Positions 49,725 to 59,029 of a DNA stretch of 64,000 nt are shown piece after piece. Positions within the stretch are counted from its first letter, which is position 1, and each line of letters starts with the position of its first letter. The DNA is from a virus: IMG/VR virus record IMGVR_UViG_3300020578_000011; one strand, 5' to 3'. The translations under genes were made by a program, and so were the position numbers. Below the pieces are notes generated by a model. The model made no database searches. It saw only the letters and a program-made list of their open reading frames with translations, and had not been told where the DNA came from.

Positions 49725-50137
49725 ATGATACTAAAGAAAGATTTGATAAAAAATGCCCACGTCAGTTGAAAGACTATCCTAAGGGATATTGTCCATTAGC
49801 TGTTATTCGCCTAAAATGGCTTAGATCTCTTGGTAGAGAGCCAACTGAAGAAGAAGAACTCAATGCTCCTGGGTGCAATTGGGCAATTAATCATCAAATG
49901 TCTAGTTATTGTTGGTTTGTTTATGAAACAAAATTTATGCCAGATTCTCCTGTATCCGATGTTGAAATAGCTGCTGCTTTAAACATTTCTATAGAAACAG
50001 TAAAACAAGTTGCAGATTCTGCAATGTCAAAAGTGCAATCTTCTGAACTCGTGGTAGAACTAAAGAAGACTTTAGACGGGGAGTCTATCGTTGATGAAGT
50101 TCTCGGAGTTGAAGATGAAGCAATCTATTGCGAATAA
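49721..50137 (+). CDS. Cys-rich domain plus sigma70 region-4-like HTH
   Basis: VSDVEIAAALNISIETVKQVADSAMSKV resembles region 4.2; four Cys in the N-terminal half. Confidence 0.55.
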   Translation: MNDTKERFDKKCPRQLKDYPKGYCPLAVIRLKWLRSLGREPTEEEELNAPGCNWAINHQMSSYCWFVYETKFMPDSPVSDVEIAAALNISIETVKQVADSAMSKVQSSELVVELKKTLDGESIVDEVLGVEDEAIYCE

Positions 50138-50381
50138 AGATTTAAAATCTAAAAATCTTCCAGAGATTCAATTAAAAAATCAAGAATTAGAAGAAGATGA
50201 AGAATTAGAAGAAAGTCAAGAATTAGAAGAAGATGAAGAATTAGAAGATTTAGAAGATTTAGATTTAATGAACCCTTCTGATTTTATTGAATTAATAAGC
50301 AATAATTATATATGTAGAAAAAACACTGGAAGATCTAGATTAAAACTCCACCCTAGTAAAATAAATATAAAAAATTACTAG
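50115..50381 (+). CDS. Acidic low-complexity hypothetical protein
   Basis: GGAG RBS before ATG 50115; 36-bp tandem repeat at about 50181-50248 (QELEEDEELEES). Confidence 0.5.
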   Translation: MKQSIANKDLKSKNLPEIQLKNQELEEDEELEESQELEEDEELEDLEDLDLMNPSDFIELISNNYICRKNTGRSRLKLHPSKINIKNY

Positions 50382-50389
50382 TAATTAAA

Positions 50390-50417
50390 CTAATAAGATC
50401 TGATACAATCTTATTAG
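50390..50417 (+). promoter_or_regulatory. Head-operon extended -10 (TGATACAAT) embedded in a perfect 10-bp inverted repeat
   Basis: ctaataagat-ctgataca-atcttattag, upstream of the protease RBS. Confidence 0.55.
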
Positions 50418-50429
50418 AAAGGGAGTTTT

Positions 50430-51311
50430 ATGGCTACTAAATTTGATGCGGTTGCAGGATCTGAGTTAAGAGACATTCAAGGAGAAATTCTAGATGTCAA
50501 AGGCGCAGATATTTCAGAATTAGAAGCTGGTCAAGGAATTGTTAACGACAACCATAGCAATAAGCTACCCGATGTCATCGGTAGAGTAACTGGTGCAAAA
50601 AAAATATTTAAAGTAGAAGATTGCGAAAGTGATCGTCAAAAATATTTTTGGAATAAAATAAAAGCTCCATATATATATGTTACAGGTGAACTTTTTGACG
50701 ATGAAGACCATAGATCAGCAAGGGCAGCGGCGGCTATATTAAGACATCAGCACAAAACAGATTCTCCACTTAAGCTAAAGTGCTCCGTAGAAGGAGGTAT
50801 AGTAGAAAGAGGCGAGAAAGACGATAGAATTTTAAAAAGAACAAAAATTAAAGGTTTAGCATTGACCTTTACTCCAGCCAATAATGCAACTCTTGTTGAG
50901 GGAGTTGATTTAAATAAAAGCAATAATCCACAAGAATTTGAATTAATAAAATCAATATCTCATCTAGCGAGAAAAGATGTTCCCTCTTTTATAGAAATGG
51001 CTGATACATTATCTGAAATTAAAATATTATCAAATGTAGAAAAAATAAAAGAAACAATATTAACTTTAAAAAAAAATAACATAAATAAAGCATTAGTCGC
51101 TGGATATGGCTCAGCAGGATCTCCGACAAGCCTAACTGGCGGCGGCGTTTTTCAAACTGAATCTATTGATACAAAATCAAATAAAAATCAGTATATAGAA
51201 TGTCCATCATGTGGTAAAGAGCAACCATATGTTGTATATCAAGTTAAATGTCGATCTTGTAATAAGCATTTTCCATTTGACACATTAGCTAAGTTCTTTA
51301 TAAATAAATAG
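50430..51311 (+). CDS. Prohead maturation protease
   Basis: D.QGE, NDNH, SVEG and ALT..PAN motifs (HK97/SPO1-type); C-terminal capsid-like peptide and CxxC..CxxC. Confidence 0.85.
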   Translation: MATKFDAVAGSELRDIQGEILDVKGADISELEAGQGIVNDNHSNKLPDVIGRVTGAKKIFKVEDCESDRQKYFWNKIKAPYIYVTGELFDDEDHRSARAAAAILRHQHKTDSPLKLKCSVEGGIVERGEKDDRILKRTKIKGLALTFTPANNATLVEGVDLNKSNNPQEFELIKSISHLARKDVPSFIEMADTLSEIKILSNVEKIKETILTLKKNNINKALVAGYGSAGSPTSLTGGGVFQTESIDTKSNKNQYIECPSCGKEQPYVVYQVKCRSCNKHFPFDTLAKFFINK

Positions 51312-51411
51312 TTGTAATTAATTGATATTATTAAAGTCACGTTTAACTATAATAATATGGTATATTTAAGTATTGTCGTGGATGGTTTGCATTTGATAAA
51401 AGGAGCAAAAC

Positions 51412-51795
51412 ATGGCTAATTCTGTCCAGGTTCTTGATAAAGTGGCACGAAACCTCAATCAGCTAGGCGTTCCTGCTGTTCGTGGGGCTTCTTCAGTATC
51501 GGCTGCAGGACTTACTATATCTTATGTAAGCGCCTCGGTCCAATCTCCAATGGGTGGCGTTGACAAAGATGCTTCTCCATTTCTTGGTATTGGCGTTGCT
51601 GCGCCAGGTAAATTAAAAATCAAAGGTGCTGCTGGTGAAAATTCACTTGCTGCAATTTTGGACACTGCAGCGGCGGTAAATGTTCTTGCTGTTTGTTCTC
51701 GTTTTGCTAACAATCTCCAGATCGAAGCTGGTGATTCGGCATCAGTTCTTGTAGAACTCGCTGGTCATACAGATCTTTTGATGGTTGGTGAATAA
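51412..51795 (+). CDS. Probable head decoration/structural protein
   Basis: Ala/Gly-rich, highly-expressed-type codon usage, strong RBS, in the capsid operon. Confidence 0.5.
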   Translation: MANSVQVLDKVARNLNQLGVPAVRGASSVSAAGLTISYVSASVQSPMGGVDKDASPFLGIGVAAPGKLKIKGAAGENSLAAILDTAAAVNVLAVCSRFANNLQIEAGDSASVLVELAGHTDLLMVGE

Positions 51796-51813
51796 TATAA
51801 AAGGAGTTTTGCT

Positions 51814-52596
51814 ATGACTACAAAATTAAGCAAAAGTCTCGCCGATCTCATTGATGAAACTCTAGCTGAAATCGAAGAACTAAAAAAGTCTGATCGTTTT
51901 TCTGCTGAAGAAATCGAACTTGGAGAAAAGTCAGCACAAGGCGGAATGGCTAAGGGCGACGAAGAGGACGATGAGAAAGACGAAGACGAAGACGAAGACG
52001 AAGAAGCTAAGAAAGCAGAAGACGACGAAGACGAAGACGACGAAGAGCATGAAGAAGAAGATGAAGCCAAAAAAGCTGAAGAAGAATGCGAAAAAGCAGA
52101 AGCTGAAATGGCCAAGGCTGAAGATGAGTGCGAGAAAGCAGAGCATGCTTATTCAAAAGCGCTTAAAAAGCGTGAGATGTGTAAAGCAGAACTTGAGCAT
52201 AAACTCAAGAAAAAAGAGATGAAAAAACCTCACTGGGCTAAGAAATCAGAAGGTGTCAATCTCATGGTCAAAGAAGAAAAAGAGATGAAGAAGTCACTTG
52301 CAAAATCAATTGACGAAAGAATCTCACCTCTTGAGACCAAACTTTCTCAAGTTTTAGATGTTGTTAAACAACTTGCAGATACCCCATTCCCACAGCGTGG
52401 ACACACGTATCGTCAAATCCAGCCTCTTGCAAAAAGCACTGGAGATGTAGAACCTCTTAATAAGACAGCTGTTCTTAATAAACTTCTTGATCTTAAGAAG
52501 ACTGGAACAGATGTCGATGCTGCAGATGTGATTCGTGTAGAAGTTGGTGGAAATGGTGATCTTAACGAAGTTGCTAACAAATATGGAATTAAATAA
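51814..52596 (+). CDS. Scaffold protein
   Basis: Acidic coiled coil with many K-S/K-A sites, directly upstream of the major capsid gene. Confidence 0.7.
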   Translation: MTTKLSKSLADLIDETLAEIEELKKSDRFSAEEIELGEKSAQGGMAKGDEEDDEKDEDEDEDEEAKKAEDDEDEDDEEHEEEDEAKKAEEECEKAEAEMAKAEDECEKAEHAYSKALKKREMCKAELEHKLKKKEMKKPHWAKKSEGVNLMVKEEKEMKKSLAKSIDERISPLETKLSQVLDVVKQLADTPFPQRGHTYRQIQPLAKSTGDVEPLNKTAVLNKLLDLKKTGTDVDAADVIRVEVGGNGDLNEVANKYGIK

Positions 52597-52607
52597 GGAG
52601 AAAAATA

Positions 52608-54062
52608 ATGTACGCTGACGCTTTTAATCAGATTATGCAGGGAATTGAACAAGGAGTGGTCTCTCAAGAAGAGATTGAAAACCTTAATAAGGCACTAGTA
52701 GCGGGATACGGTGGTGCTGGTCGTCCTACTGATCTAACCTATGGCGGTGTTATTCAGACTGAGTCACTTGAATCAACTCTTAAAGTTGTTACATTTGACA
52801 TGAAGAATCTTAAACTCTGGCCAGCAATCACAATCGACAAGGCTTATAACCTATTCGAACAATATAACCGTCTTGTTGGATATGGTTCAGATACTTCGCC
52901 CTATATTGCTGAAGGCGGAGCTGGACAAGAATCAGATTCAACATATGTACGTGACGGACAGCGCATCGTGTTCTTCAGCAAGCGTCGTAAGGTTTCGCAT
53001 CAGATGACTCTTGTTCGCACAACCGTTGGAGACGTTGTAGCTCAACAGGCTAAAGAAGGAACAATGGACCTTCTTAAAGATGTTGAACGTGAACTATACT
53101 GGGGACATGCTCACTTTGCAGATGCATCTGGTGCTCAATCAGGTGCAACAGCTGATCTTCCAGTTAATTCACTTGCCATGAATGGCCTTCTACAACAAAT
53201 CCTTAAGGGTGATCGTGATAGCCAATTTACTTCAAAAGATTTTGAAGGTTGGGGCGCTGAGTCATCATCTGTTGTGAAGGATCTTGCTGGTCTTTCTTTT
53301 GCACAAGACGATGTTGAAGAACTTGCAGTTCGTGCTCTTGAAAATTTCGGAGCTCCAGATCAGCTTCACGCTGAGCCCGCTGCTGTTTCTACATTCGTTC
53401 GTCAATTTTATCCACAGTTCCGTTCTGAACCAGGTCTTGCTGGTCAAACTGTTGGTTATGACGTAGCAAATGTCACCACTACTGCAGGAAAAATTGCACT
53501 TAAACCAAGTCTTTTCCTACGTCCGCGCCAACAAGTTCGTCCAGCAGCTGCTTCAGCTTCTGCTCCTTCTGTTGCGGGTCTAAGTGTTTCTGGAGCTGCT
53601 GCAGGATCAGGATCAGCTCTTTCAGCTGGTAGTTATCATTATGCAGTAACTTTTGTTAATGACTTTGGCGAATCAGCTCCAATTTTAACTTCAGCACCAG
53701 TTTCAGTTACAGCTGGACAAGTTGTTGAATTGACTCTAGCTGGTTCTGTTCCATCTTCTGTCAAGCACATGAAGGTATATCGTGCCGCAAGTGGAGCTGC
53801 AGCTTCAACGGCGCAGTTTATCTCAAATCATCGCGTGGGACTCTCCGCTATTAAAGATGCTGGTGCCAAGCGCCCTGGTCTTGGTGAAGCATTCCTTCTT
53901 GATATGCGTGCTGAAACAATGAAGTTTAAGCAACTTGCTCCTCTTGCTAAGATGAATCTTGCTGTGGTCACAACTGCACTTGAGTTTCTCTTGCTCATGT
54001 ACGGAGCACTATTTGTTTACGCACCGCGATTCAATTGCGTAATGCGAAATGTTGGTAAGTAA
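52608..54062 (+). CDS. Major capsid protein (SPO1/Twort-like) with Ig-like insertion
   Basis: LNKALVAGYG...QTESLESTLK, QLAPLAKMNLA and LMYGAL...AP motifs; Ala-rich YAVTFVN..GES insertion. Confidence 0.9.
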   Translation: MYADAFNQIMQGIEQGVVSQEEIENLNKALVAGYGGAGRPTDLTYGGVIQTESLESTLKVVTFDMKNLKLWPAITIDKAYNLFEQYNRLVGYGSDTSPYIAEGGAGQESDSTYVRDGQRIVFFSKRRKVSHQMTLVRTTVGDVVAQQAKEGTMDLLKDVERELYWGHAHFADASGAQSGATADLPVNSLAMNGLLQQILKGDRDSQFTSKDFEGWGAESSSVVKDLAGLSFAQDDVEELAVRALENFGAPDQLHAEPAAVSTFVRQFYPQFRSEPGLAGQTVGYDVANVTTTAGKIALKPSLFLRPRQQVRPAAASASAPSVAGLSVSGAAAGSGSALSAGSYHYAVTFVNDFGESAPILTSAPVSVTAGQVVELTLAGSVPSSVKHMKVYRAASGAAASTAQFISNHRVGLSAIKDAGAKRPGLGEAFLLDMRAETMKFKQLAPLAKMNLAVVTTALEFLLLMYGALFVYAPRFNCVMRNVGK

Positions 54063-54087
54063 CAAATAGTTAATTTGATTGAATAAT

Positions 54088-54128
54088 ATTAAAACGATCA
54101 GTTAGAAATAGCTGATCGTTTTAATTTA
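54088..54128 (+). terminator. Strong, possibly bidirectional, terminator after the capsid gene
   Basis: attaaaacgatcagtta-gaaa-tagctgatcgttttaat hairpin. Confidence 0.85.
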
Positions 54129-54195
54129 ATCACAACTAAGATCTGATTGCTAATATAGATGATAAAAAAAACCGAAATATTACTTATCGGTGACA

Positions 54196-54206
54196 TGTGG
54201 TACAAT
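54196..54206 (+). promoter_or_regulatory. Extended -10 promoter TGTGGTACAAT
   Basis: TRTG-n-TACAAT after the terminator and upstream of an AGGAG RBS. Confidence 0.55.
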
Positions 54207-54242
54207 AATATTACCCAAGCAAGTGCCTAGGAGATTTAAAGT

Positions 54243-54557
54243 ATGTCACGTCCCATAAACTTACCTGCCGGCTCTTCTAGAACCTCAGACGTTGGTTTGG
54301 TTTGGCGAGAAATAAAAAATGAAACAATTTCTCTTCTCCAGTTTGAGGTTCCAAAATACTGTGCTATAAGAATACATCCAGAAATAGCTGGTTTAAAAGT
54401 ATACTTTGATGGCGAACTAGCTGCAACATTAAAAGTTTCTGAACTCATGTTATTTAACTCCGGCAGAGGATTACCAGATGGCAAAGACACCGTTACACTT
54501 GCGGTAACGGGTGCTTGTCAAATTCAGATTGGTATTGAAATAGATCGCGAAAGGTAA
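54243..54557 (+). CDS. Hypothetical (virion?) protein
   Basis: AGGAG RBS, 104 aa, beta-rich. Confidence 0.7.
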   Translation: MSRPINLPAGSSRTSDVGLVWREIKNETISLLQFEVPKYCAIRIHPEIAGLKVYFDGELAATLKVSELMLFNSGRGLPDGKDTVTLAVTGACQIQIGIEIDRER

Positions 54558-54561
54558 TATT

Positions 54562-55611
54562 ATGTTTTTAGAATCTTTTCGTGATTTATTAAATAAAAAA
54601 ATAGTAAATCAAGAATTAAAAAAAACATTATTAAATACAACAGACTCTATCTTAATTGATCATGTCATAGAGACATTGGAAAAGATGGCTAGACATGCTC
54701 GTCAGTCAGCAAAAGAAAATATTAGTTTATCTAATTTTGTTTCTCAAATGGATCCAGATACAGACCATGCAGAGGCTCATTTTATAAGAGATGCAATGGG
54801 TCATCATGCCTCTCATTATAAGGCAGCTCTACAAGCAGGCAATCAAGATCTTGCAAACACACATGCAAAAGAATTCATTAAACTAGGACATCTTGCTCAT
54901 AAAATAGAGAGAATAGATCCCAGTAAAATGAAATTTGATACAATAGACTTACAACCATGGCAAGCTACCAGATCAGATCTTTTTAGCGATCCCCATAAGA
55001 CAAGTGGAGTAGATTTGACCGGCTGGAGATGTCATAAAAAAATGAAAGGCGGAAAAGACTTTTCCTGGCTTCAGAATCCTCCTCATGCATCTAGATCTAA
55101 TGAGATTTTTTCTAAACCTCATGAGACAATGACAAATCCAGACGGAACCGTTGAGCATCGTTTTCATAATGATGCATTTCCAATGGAGCATGTTAAGATA
55201 AATGGAAAACACATACCTATTGATGACGACATAGATGTTTCTCATGGTCATTTTACACCCCATTCATTTGACATGCATCCAATAATGAGTGTTTTTGACG
55301 AATCTGCCTCTACACATACTCCCGAAAAAGCTTCATCATATCAAGACAGATTATCAAAATTTCATGATTCAGTTTGGGGAAAAAATCTTTTAGCAAAATT
55401 AGGGGAATTTATATCCCCTGAGCATGGAGCAGTCAGAGGCTCGACTGTGCATAAACCAGTTGAAAATCCATTACAAAAACCACAAGACAGAAATACACCA
55501 GCTTCGCTTGATAGCATTGCATCATCAGAAGAACAGAAACACAATGAGAATGTGTCCGATCTTCTTGCTGGTCTAGGTCTTGATAATTCAAATCTAGATG
55601 AAGAAAAATAA
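54562..55611 (+). CDS. His-rich hypothetical protein, probable head-internal
   Basis: 349 aa in the post-capsid cluster. Confidence 0.6.
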   Translation: MFLESFRDLLNKKIVNQELKKTLLNTTDSILIDHVIETLEKMARHARQSAKENISLSNFVSQMDPDTDHAEAHFIRDAMGHHASHYKAALQAGNQDLANTHAKEFIKLGHLAHKIERIDPSKMKFDTIDLQPWQATRSDLFSDPHKTSGVDLTGWRCHKKMKGGKDFSWLQNPPHASRSNEIFSKPHETMTNPDGTVEHRFHNDAFPMEHVKINGKHIPIDDDIDVSHGHFTPHSFDMHPIMSVFDESASTHTPEKASSYQDRLSKFHDSVWGKNLLAKLGEFISPEHGAVRGSTVHKPVENPLQKPQDRNTPASLDSIASSEEQKHNENVSDLLAGLGLDNSNLDEEK

Positions 55612-55622
55612 CGGAGACAAAC

Positions 55623-56738
55623 ATGCCTGTTGGAGTTATAAAAACAAAAGCAGATCATAAAAAATGGAAAAAAGCAAAAAAGATTGTCGAAGAACAACAC
55701 GGCGAAATACGCTGGCCTTTGGTCATGCACATATATCAACAAATGGCTAAAGATGACGAACCAAAAGATAAAAATGTTTTAATTGAAAGAGCATTAGATA
55801 AACAAGGCAGAAAAGTCGTAATTCCACAAGAGGTTCATGATGTGTTAAAACCAATGTGGGAGAGAGATAAAGATAAATTATTAACACCAGAACAAAAACA
55901 AAAATTAGAATCAATAAAACAAGCAAAACAAAGACGTTCTGAATTTAAAATAGTAAAATCAGCAGAAGAATTAAATTATGTAGAAAGTTCTTTAAAAAAA
56001 ATAAAGCAAGAACTAGATGTTTTTTTTATTTTAGAAAAAGATGAAAAATCTGGATCAGGAGGATGGAAACCACCATCTGGTTTTGACCCCAAGACCCACC
56101 CAGACACAAGCGCATTAATGCTTATTCATGGATTAAATCCACGTGAAGCTTCTTTTATGTCTGGTGCTCATACTTCTAATGAGTATTCTAGAGGTAGGTA
56201 CTTCAGACCAACCCCTCTATCTGAAGGAATGCTTGAACATGCTAAAAGAGTAGCTAAACAAAAATTTGAAGAACATGAGCAAAAAAGAAGAGAAACTGCA
56301 GATCCGGCTCAAAATCCAGATTTATTTTTACAACACAATGCTCAAAGTGTTCACAAGGGATTTAATGGTAATTTTCAAGATGATTTAAAGAATTTTAAAG
56401 AATCTGATGAATTTAAAAATTTATCACAATCTGATAGACCTGGCAGAATCATGCAATGGAAAGCTGATTGGCAAAAACAAAACTTAGAAAATCAAAAACA
56501 ATCAGCCGCAAAAGCAGCTGGACTGCATAGTGAATTGGCAGATCATGCAAACACAGAACGAGCTAAAAAATTAATTGAGCAACGTGAAAACATATTAAGA
56601 GGCGGAGAAGGAGTTTCTGATTCTTCTTTTTCTGATAAGGTTAAAAGAGACACGCCAGATCATAGTGTAGATGAAGATTTAAGCGACGAAGACATGGAAG
56701 ATATAAAAAATCTCGAGGAAGATGATTATGGACGATAA
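55623..56738 (+). CDS. Hypothetical protein, probable head-internal
   Basis: N-terminal MP.GVIKT..D...W.KAK...W..V..IY..M small phage domain; charged body. Confidence 0.6.
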   Translation: MPVGVIKTKADHKKWKKAKKIVEEQHGEIRWPLVMHIYQQMAKDDEPKDKNVLIERALDKQGRKVVIPQEVHDVLKPMWERDKDKLLTPEQKQKLESIKQAKQRRSEFKIVKSAEELNYVESSLKKIKQELDVFFILEKDEKSGSGGWKPPSGFDPKTHPDTSALMLIHGLNPREASFMSGAHTSNEYSRGRYFRPTPLSEGMLEHAKRVAKQKFEEHEQKRRETADPAQNPDLFLQHNAQSVHKGFNGNFQDDLKNFKESDEFKNLSQSDRPGRIMQWKADWQKQNLENQKQSAAKAAGLHSELADHANTERAKKLIEQRENILRGGEGVSDSSFSDKVKRDTPDHSVDEDLSDEDMEDIKNLEEDDYGR

Positions 56739-57456
56739 TACTATACATAAATATTTAGTAAGTAATTATATGCCATTAATGATTGGTGTTATAAGAAAAA
56801 TGAAAAATAAGGGACTGATACCGCAAGATATGTCTCATTTGAGTCCAGATGAGTTATTTCTTGATCTTTATGAACCAGCTGTTCATGGTTTGATGAAGTC
56901 AATTCATACTTATGATCCTAATAAACTATCTTTAAAAACCGGTAATAAAAAAAGTTTTATAGCACATGCTTGGAGCACGATAAGTGGAATAGTATCCGAT
57001 CATCTTAAAAATAAAAACATAGCATCTGCAGATGTGAATTTAGCTAGAATTAATCAAGCTAAAAAAGAAAACGCATCAACTCAAACTATTGGTATTAAAG
57101 GACAAGGCATAGGTAGAGAGGTAGCAGAACATCTAGGCGGAACTGTTGGAGAAGAAGGAGAGGGGGTCGGTGGAGTTTCAGTTATTAGAAATCCAGAGCA
57201 AGAATTTGCAACAAGACTATCTCCAGAAGCTAAAAATATCCTCCAAGCAAAAATAGATAAAGCAAAAGCTAAACTTGGAGAAAAAACACAAACATCGTCA
57301 GATCAACCACCCGCCTTACCTTCACAGGTAAAGGAACCTTCTTCAACAGAGCCTCAAAAACCAAAGTTAATAATAAGACGCATGGCAAAACCAGATCAAG
57401 TTGATCGCATGGAAAGAATAGATGCTGCAAAAGCAGCATCTAAGAAGCCGGAGTAA
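56728..57456 (+). CDS. Stand-alone sigma70-family region 2 protein (no region 4)
   Basis: LVSNYMPLMIGVIRK (2.1), DLYEPAVHGLMKSIHTYDP (2.2) and SFIAHAWSTISGIVSDHLK (2.3/2.4). The rest is low-complexity. Confidence 0.7.
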   Translation: MDDNTIHKYLVSNYMPLMIGVIRKMKNKGLIPQDMSHLSPDELFLDLYEPAVHGLMKSIHTYDPNKLSLKTGNKKSFIAHAWSTISGIVSDHLKNKNIASADVNLARINQAKKENASTQTIGIKGQGIGREVAEHLGGTVGEEGEGVGGVSVIRNPEQEFATRLSPEAKNILQAKIDKAKAKLGEKTQTSSDQPPALPSQVKEPSSTEPQKPKLIIRRMAKPDQVDRMERIDAAKAASKKPE

Positions 57457-57459
57457 TAA

Positions 57460-58293
57460 ATGTCAATTACAGATTCTCAATACAATCCGCCGTTTCCTCA
57501 TGCTGAGCTGAATCAAGAAACACCTCATCCAGGGCGATATCTATCGCTTCCAACTGCTCAGACTTTAAGAAACACTAGTCTATTTGGAATACCGTTAAGA
57601 TCTTCTTTGACAAATCAAGAAATGAGTGATGCTACTTTAGAAGATTATATTTTAAAATCAATATCTCAATTAGAGCACGAGTTAAACATATTCATAACAC
57701 CTGTTCAATTTGAAGAGCGACATGATTATATTCGTAAGTTGTTTCAAAATTCTTATGCTTTTTTAAAATTAAATAATGCTCCAATTTTAAATGTTCAACA
57801 AGTTAGACTTAGTTTTAGCAACCAACAAGATCCACAACCAGCTTTTATAGAATTTCCATTAGAACATGTTTATGTGGATGCTCAAGAAGGTGGAATAAGA
57901 CTTGTTCCAGCGTATGGGACATCTGTTTCTGGTTTTTTATTATCTGCCTTTGCTGGTGCGCAGATGCATGCTTTAATAGCAGCTGGATTAGATGTTTTTC
58001 CAGGAGCCGTTAGAGTTAGATACAGAGCAGGCTTTGATAAAGATAAGGTGCCTGCTGTTATAGTTGGAATAGTAGAAAAACAAGCAGCATTGTTTGCACT
58101 TACGACAATTGCACCACTCATATTTCCGTATAATTCAGTAAGCATAGGCATAGACGGCGTTAGCCAAGGCGTCGGTACACTTGGGCCTAATTTCTTACAA
58201 GCAAGAATACAGGAACTTCGTCAACAAATACAAGAAGAAAAAGAAGCAGCTAAGACATATTATTTAAAACGTACTTTGATTGATTTTATTTAA
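57460..58293 (+). CDS. Head-tail connector/neck protein
   Basis: AVRVRYRAGF...PAVI and SIGIDGVSQ motifs typical of gp6/gp15-like adaptors. Confidence 0.7.
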   Translation: MSITDSQYNPPFPHAELNQETPHPGRYLSLPTAQTLRNTSLFGIPLRSSLTNQEMSDATLEDYILKSISQLEHELNIFITPVQFEERHDYIRKLFQNSYAFLKLNNAPILNVQQVRLSFSNQQDPQPAFIEFPLEHVYVDAQEGGIRLVPAYGTSVSGFLLSAFAGAQMHALIAAGLDVFPGAVRVRYRAGFDKDKVPAVIVGIVEKQAALFALTTIAPLIFPYNSVSIGIDGVSQGVGTLGPNFLQARIQELRQQIQEEKEAAKTYYLKRTLIDFI

Positions 58294-58302
58294 AGGTGTA
58301 AA

Positions 58303-58992
58303 ATGACTGTTAAAAAAAAGTCTAAGAAAATAAATAAAGTTGAGATAAAAAATCCAGATGGTTCTATTTCTAGATACCCAGGTAAAGAACCGCTGATCAA
58401 ACCTAAAAAAGATCTTTCTAAAACAATTTTAGAAAGATGGGAACTTATAAAAGCTGCATTAAATCACGAAGACTCGTTTTTGCCAATGATAAGTCGACAA
58501 GCGGTTGTTGATATGAATAAGACGCCCGAGCAAGATGCCAAAGAGCAAGTGCCAGCGCAGCAAGAACAAGAATCTCAAGAAGACAAGCCTCAAGAAGACA
58601 AACCTCAAGAAGAGCAGCCTCAAGAAGAGCAAGGATCAGACAGCCAAGATCCTGAATACGATGAACAAAAATTAATTGAAATGCTTCAGCAGGAAGGATA
58701 TTCCGATCAGGAAATAGCTCATATAGTTCATGGCCATGTTCCATCTCAACCTTCGCCAGAGGAACTTAAAAATATAGAACAGCATCAAAAACTTAGTCAT
58801 AAAGATGATCTTCATGATGTTACAATTGATCATCAAAAAGCAAACCACGATATAGAGTTGGATCATAAAAAAAGAATGCTAGATCTAGAGCGCGAGCATG
58901 CTAAAAAAGAAAAAGAAATGAGATTAAAGCATTTGGAAGAAGAATTAAAAACAAAATTAGAGCACCTAAAAAATAAACAATCACAACTATGA
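58303..58992 (+). CDS. Charged hypothetical protein with QEDKP repeats
   Basis: 15-bp tandem repeats at about 58575-58630; His-rich coiled coil. Confidence 0.65.
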   Translation: MTVKKKSKKINKVEIKNPDGSISRYPGKEPLIKPKKDLSKTILERWELIKAALNHEDSFLPMISRQAVVDMNKTPEQDAKEQVPAQQEQESQEDKPQEDKPQEEQPQEEQGSDSQDPEYDEQKLIEMLQQEGYSDQEIAHIVHGHVPSQPSPEELKNIEQHQKLSHKDDLHDVTIDHQKANHDIELDHKKRMLDLEREHAKKEKEMRLKHLEEELKTKLEHLKNKQSQL

Positions 58993-59029
58993 TATTGCTG
59001 TATAATCATATAGTATAAAAAGGTGTCTT

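Noticed and set aside
51765-52222. Alternative-frame and antisense ORFs over the scaffold gene
   Set aside because: By-products of the GAA/GAC low-complexity tract, which lacks stops in other frames.
54137-54147. taagatctgat 11-mer shared with 50394-50404
   Set aside because: Only two copies, in different positions relative to the -10 element; could be chance in AT-rich DNA.
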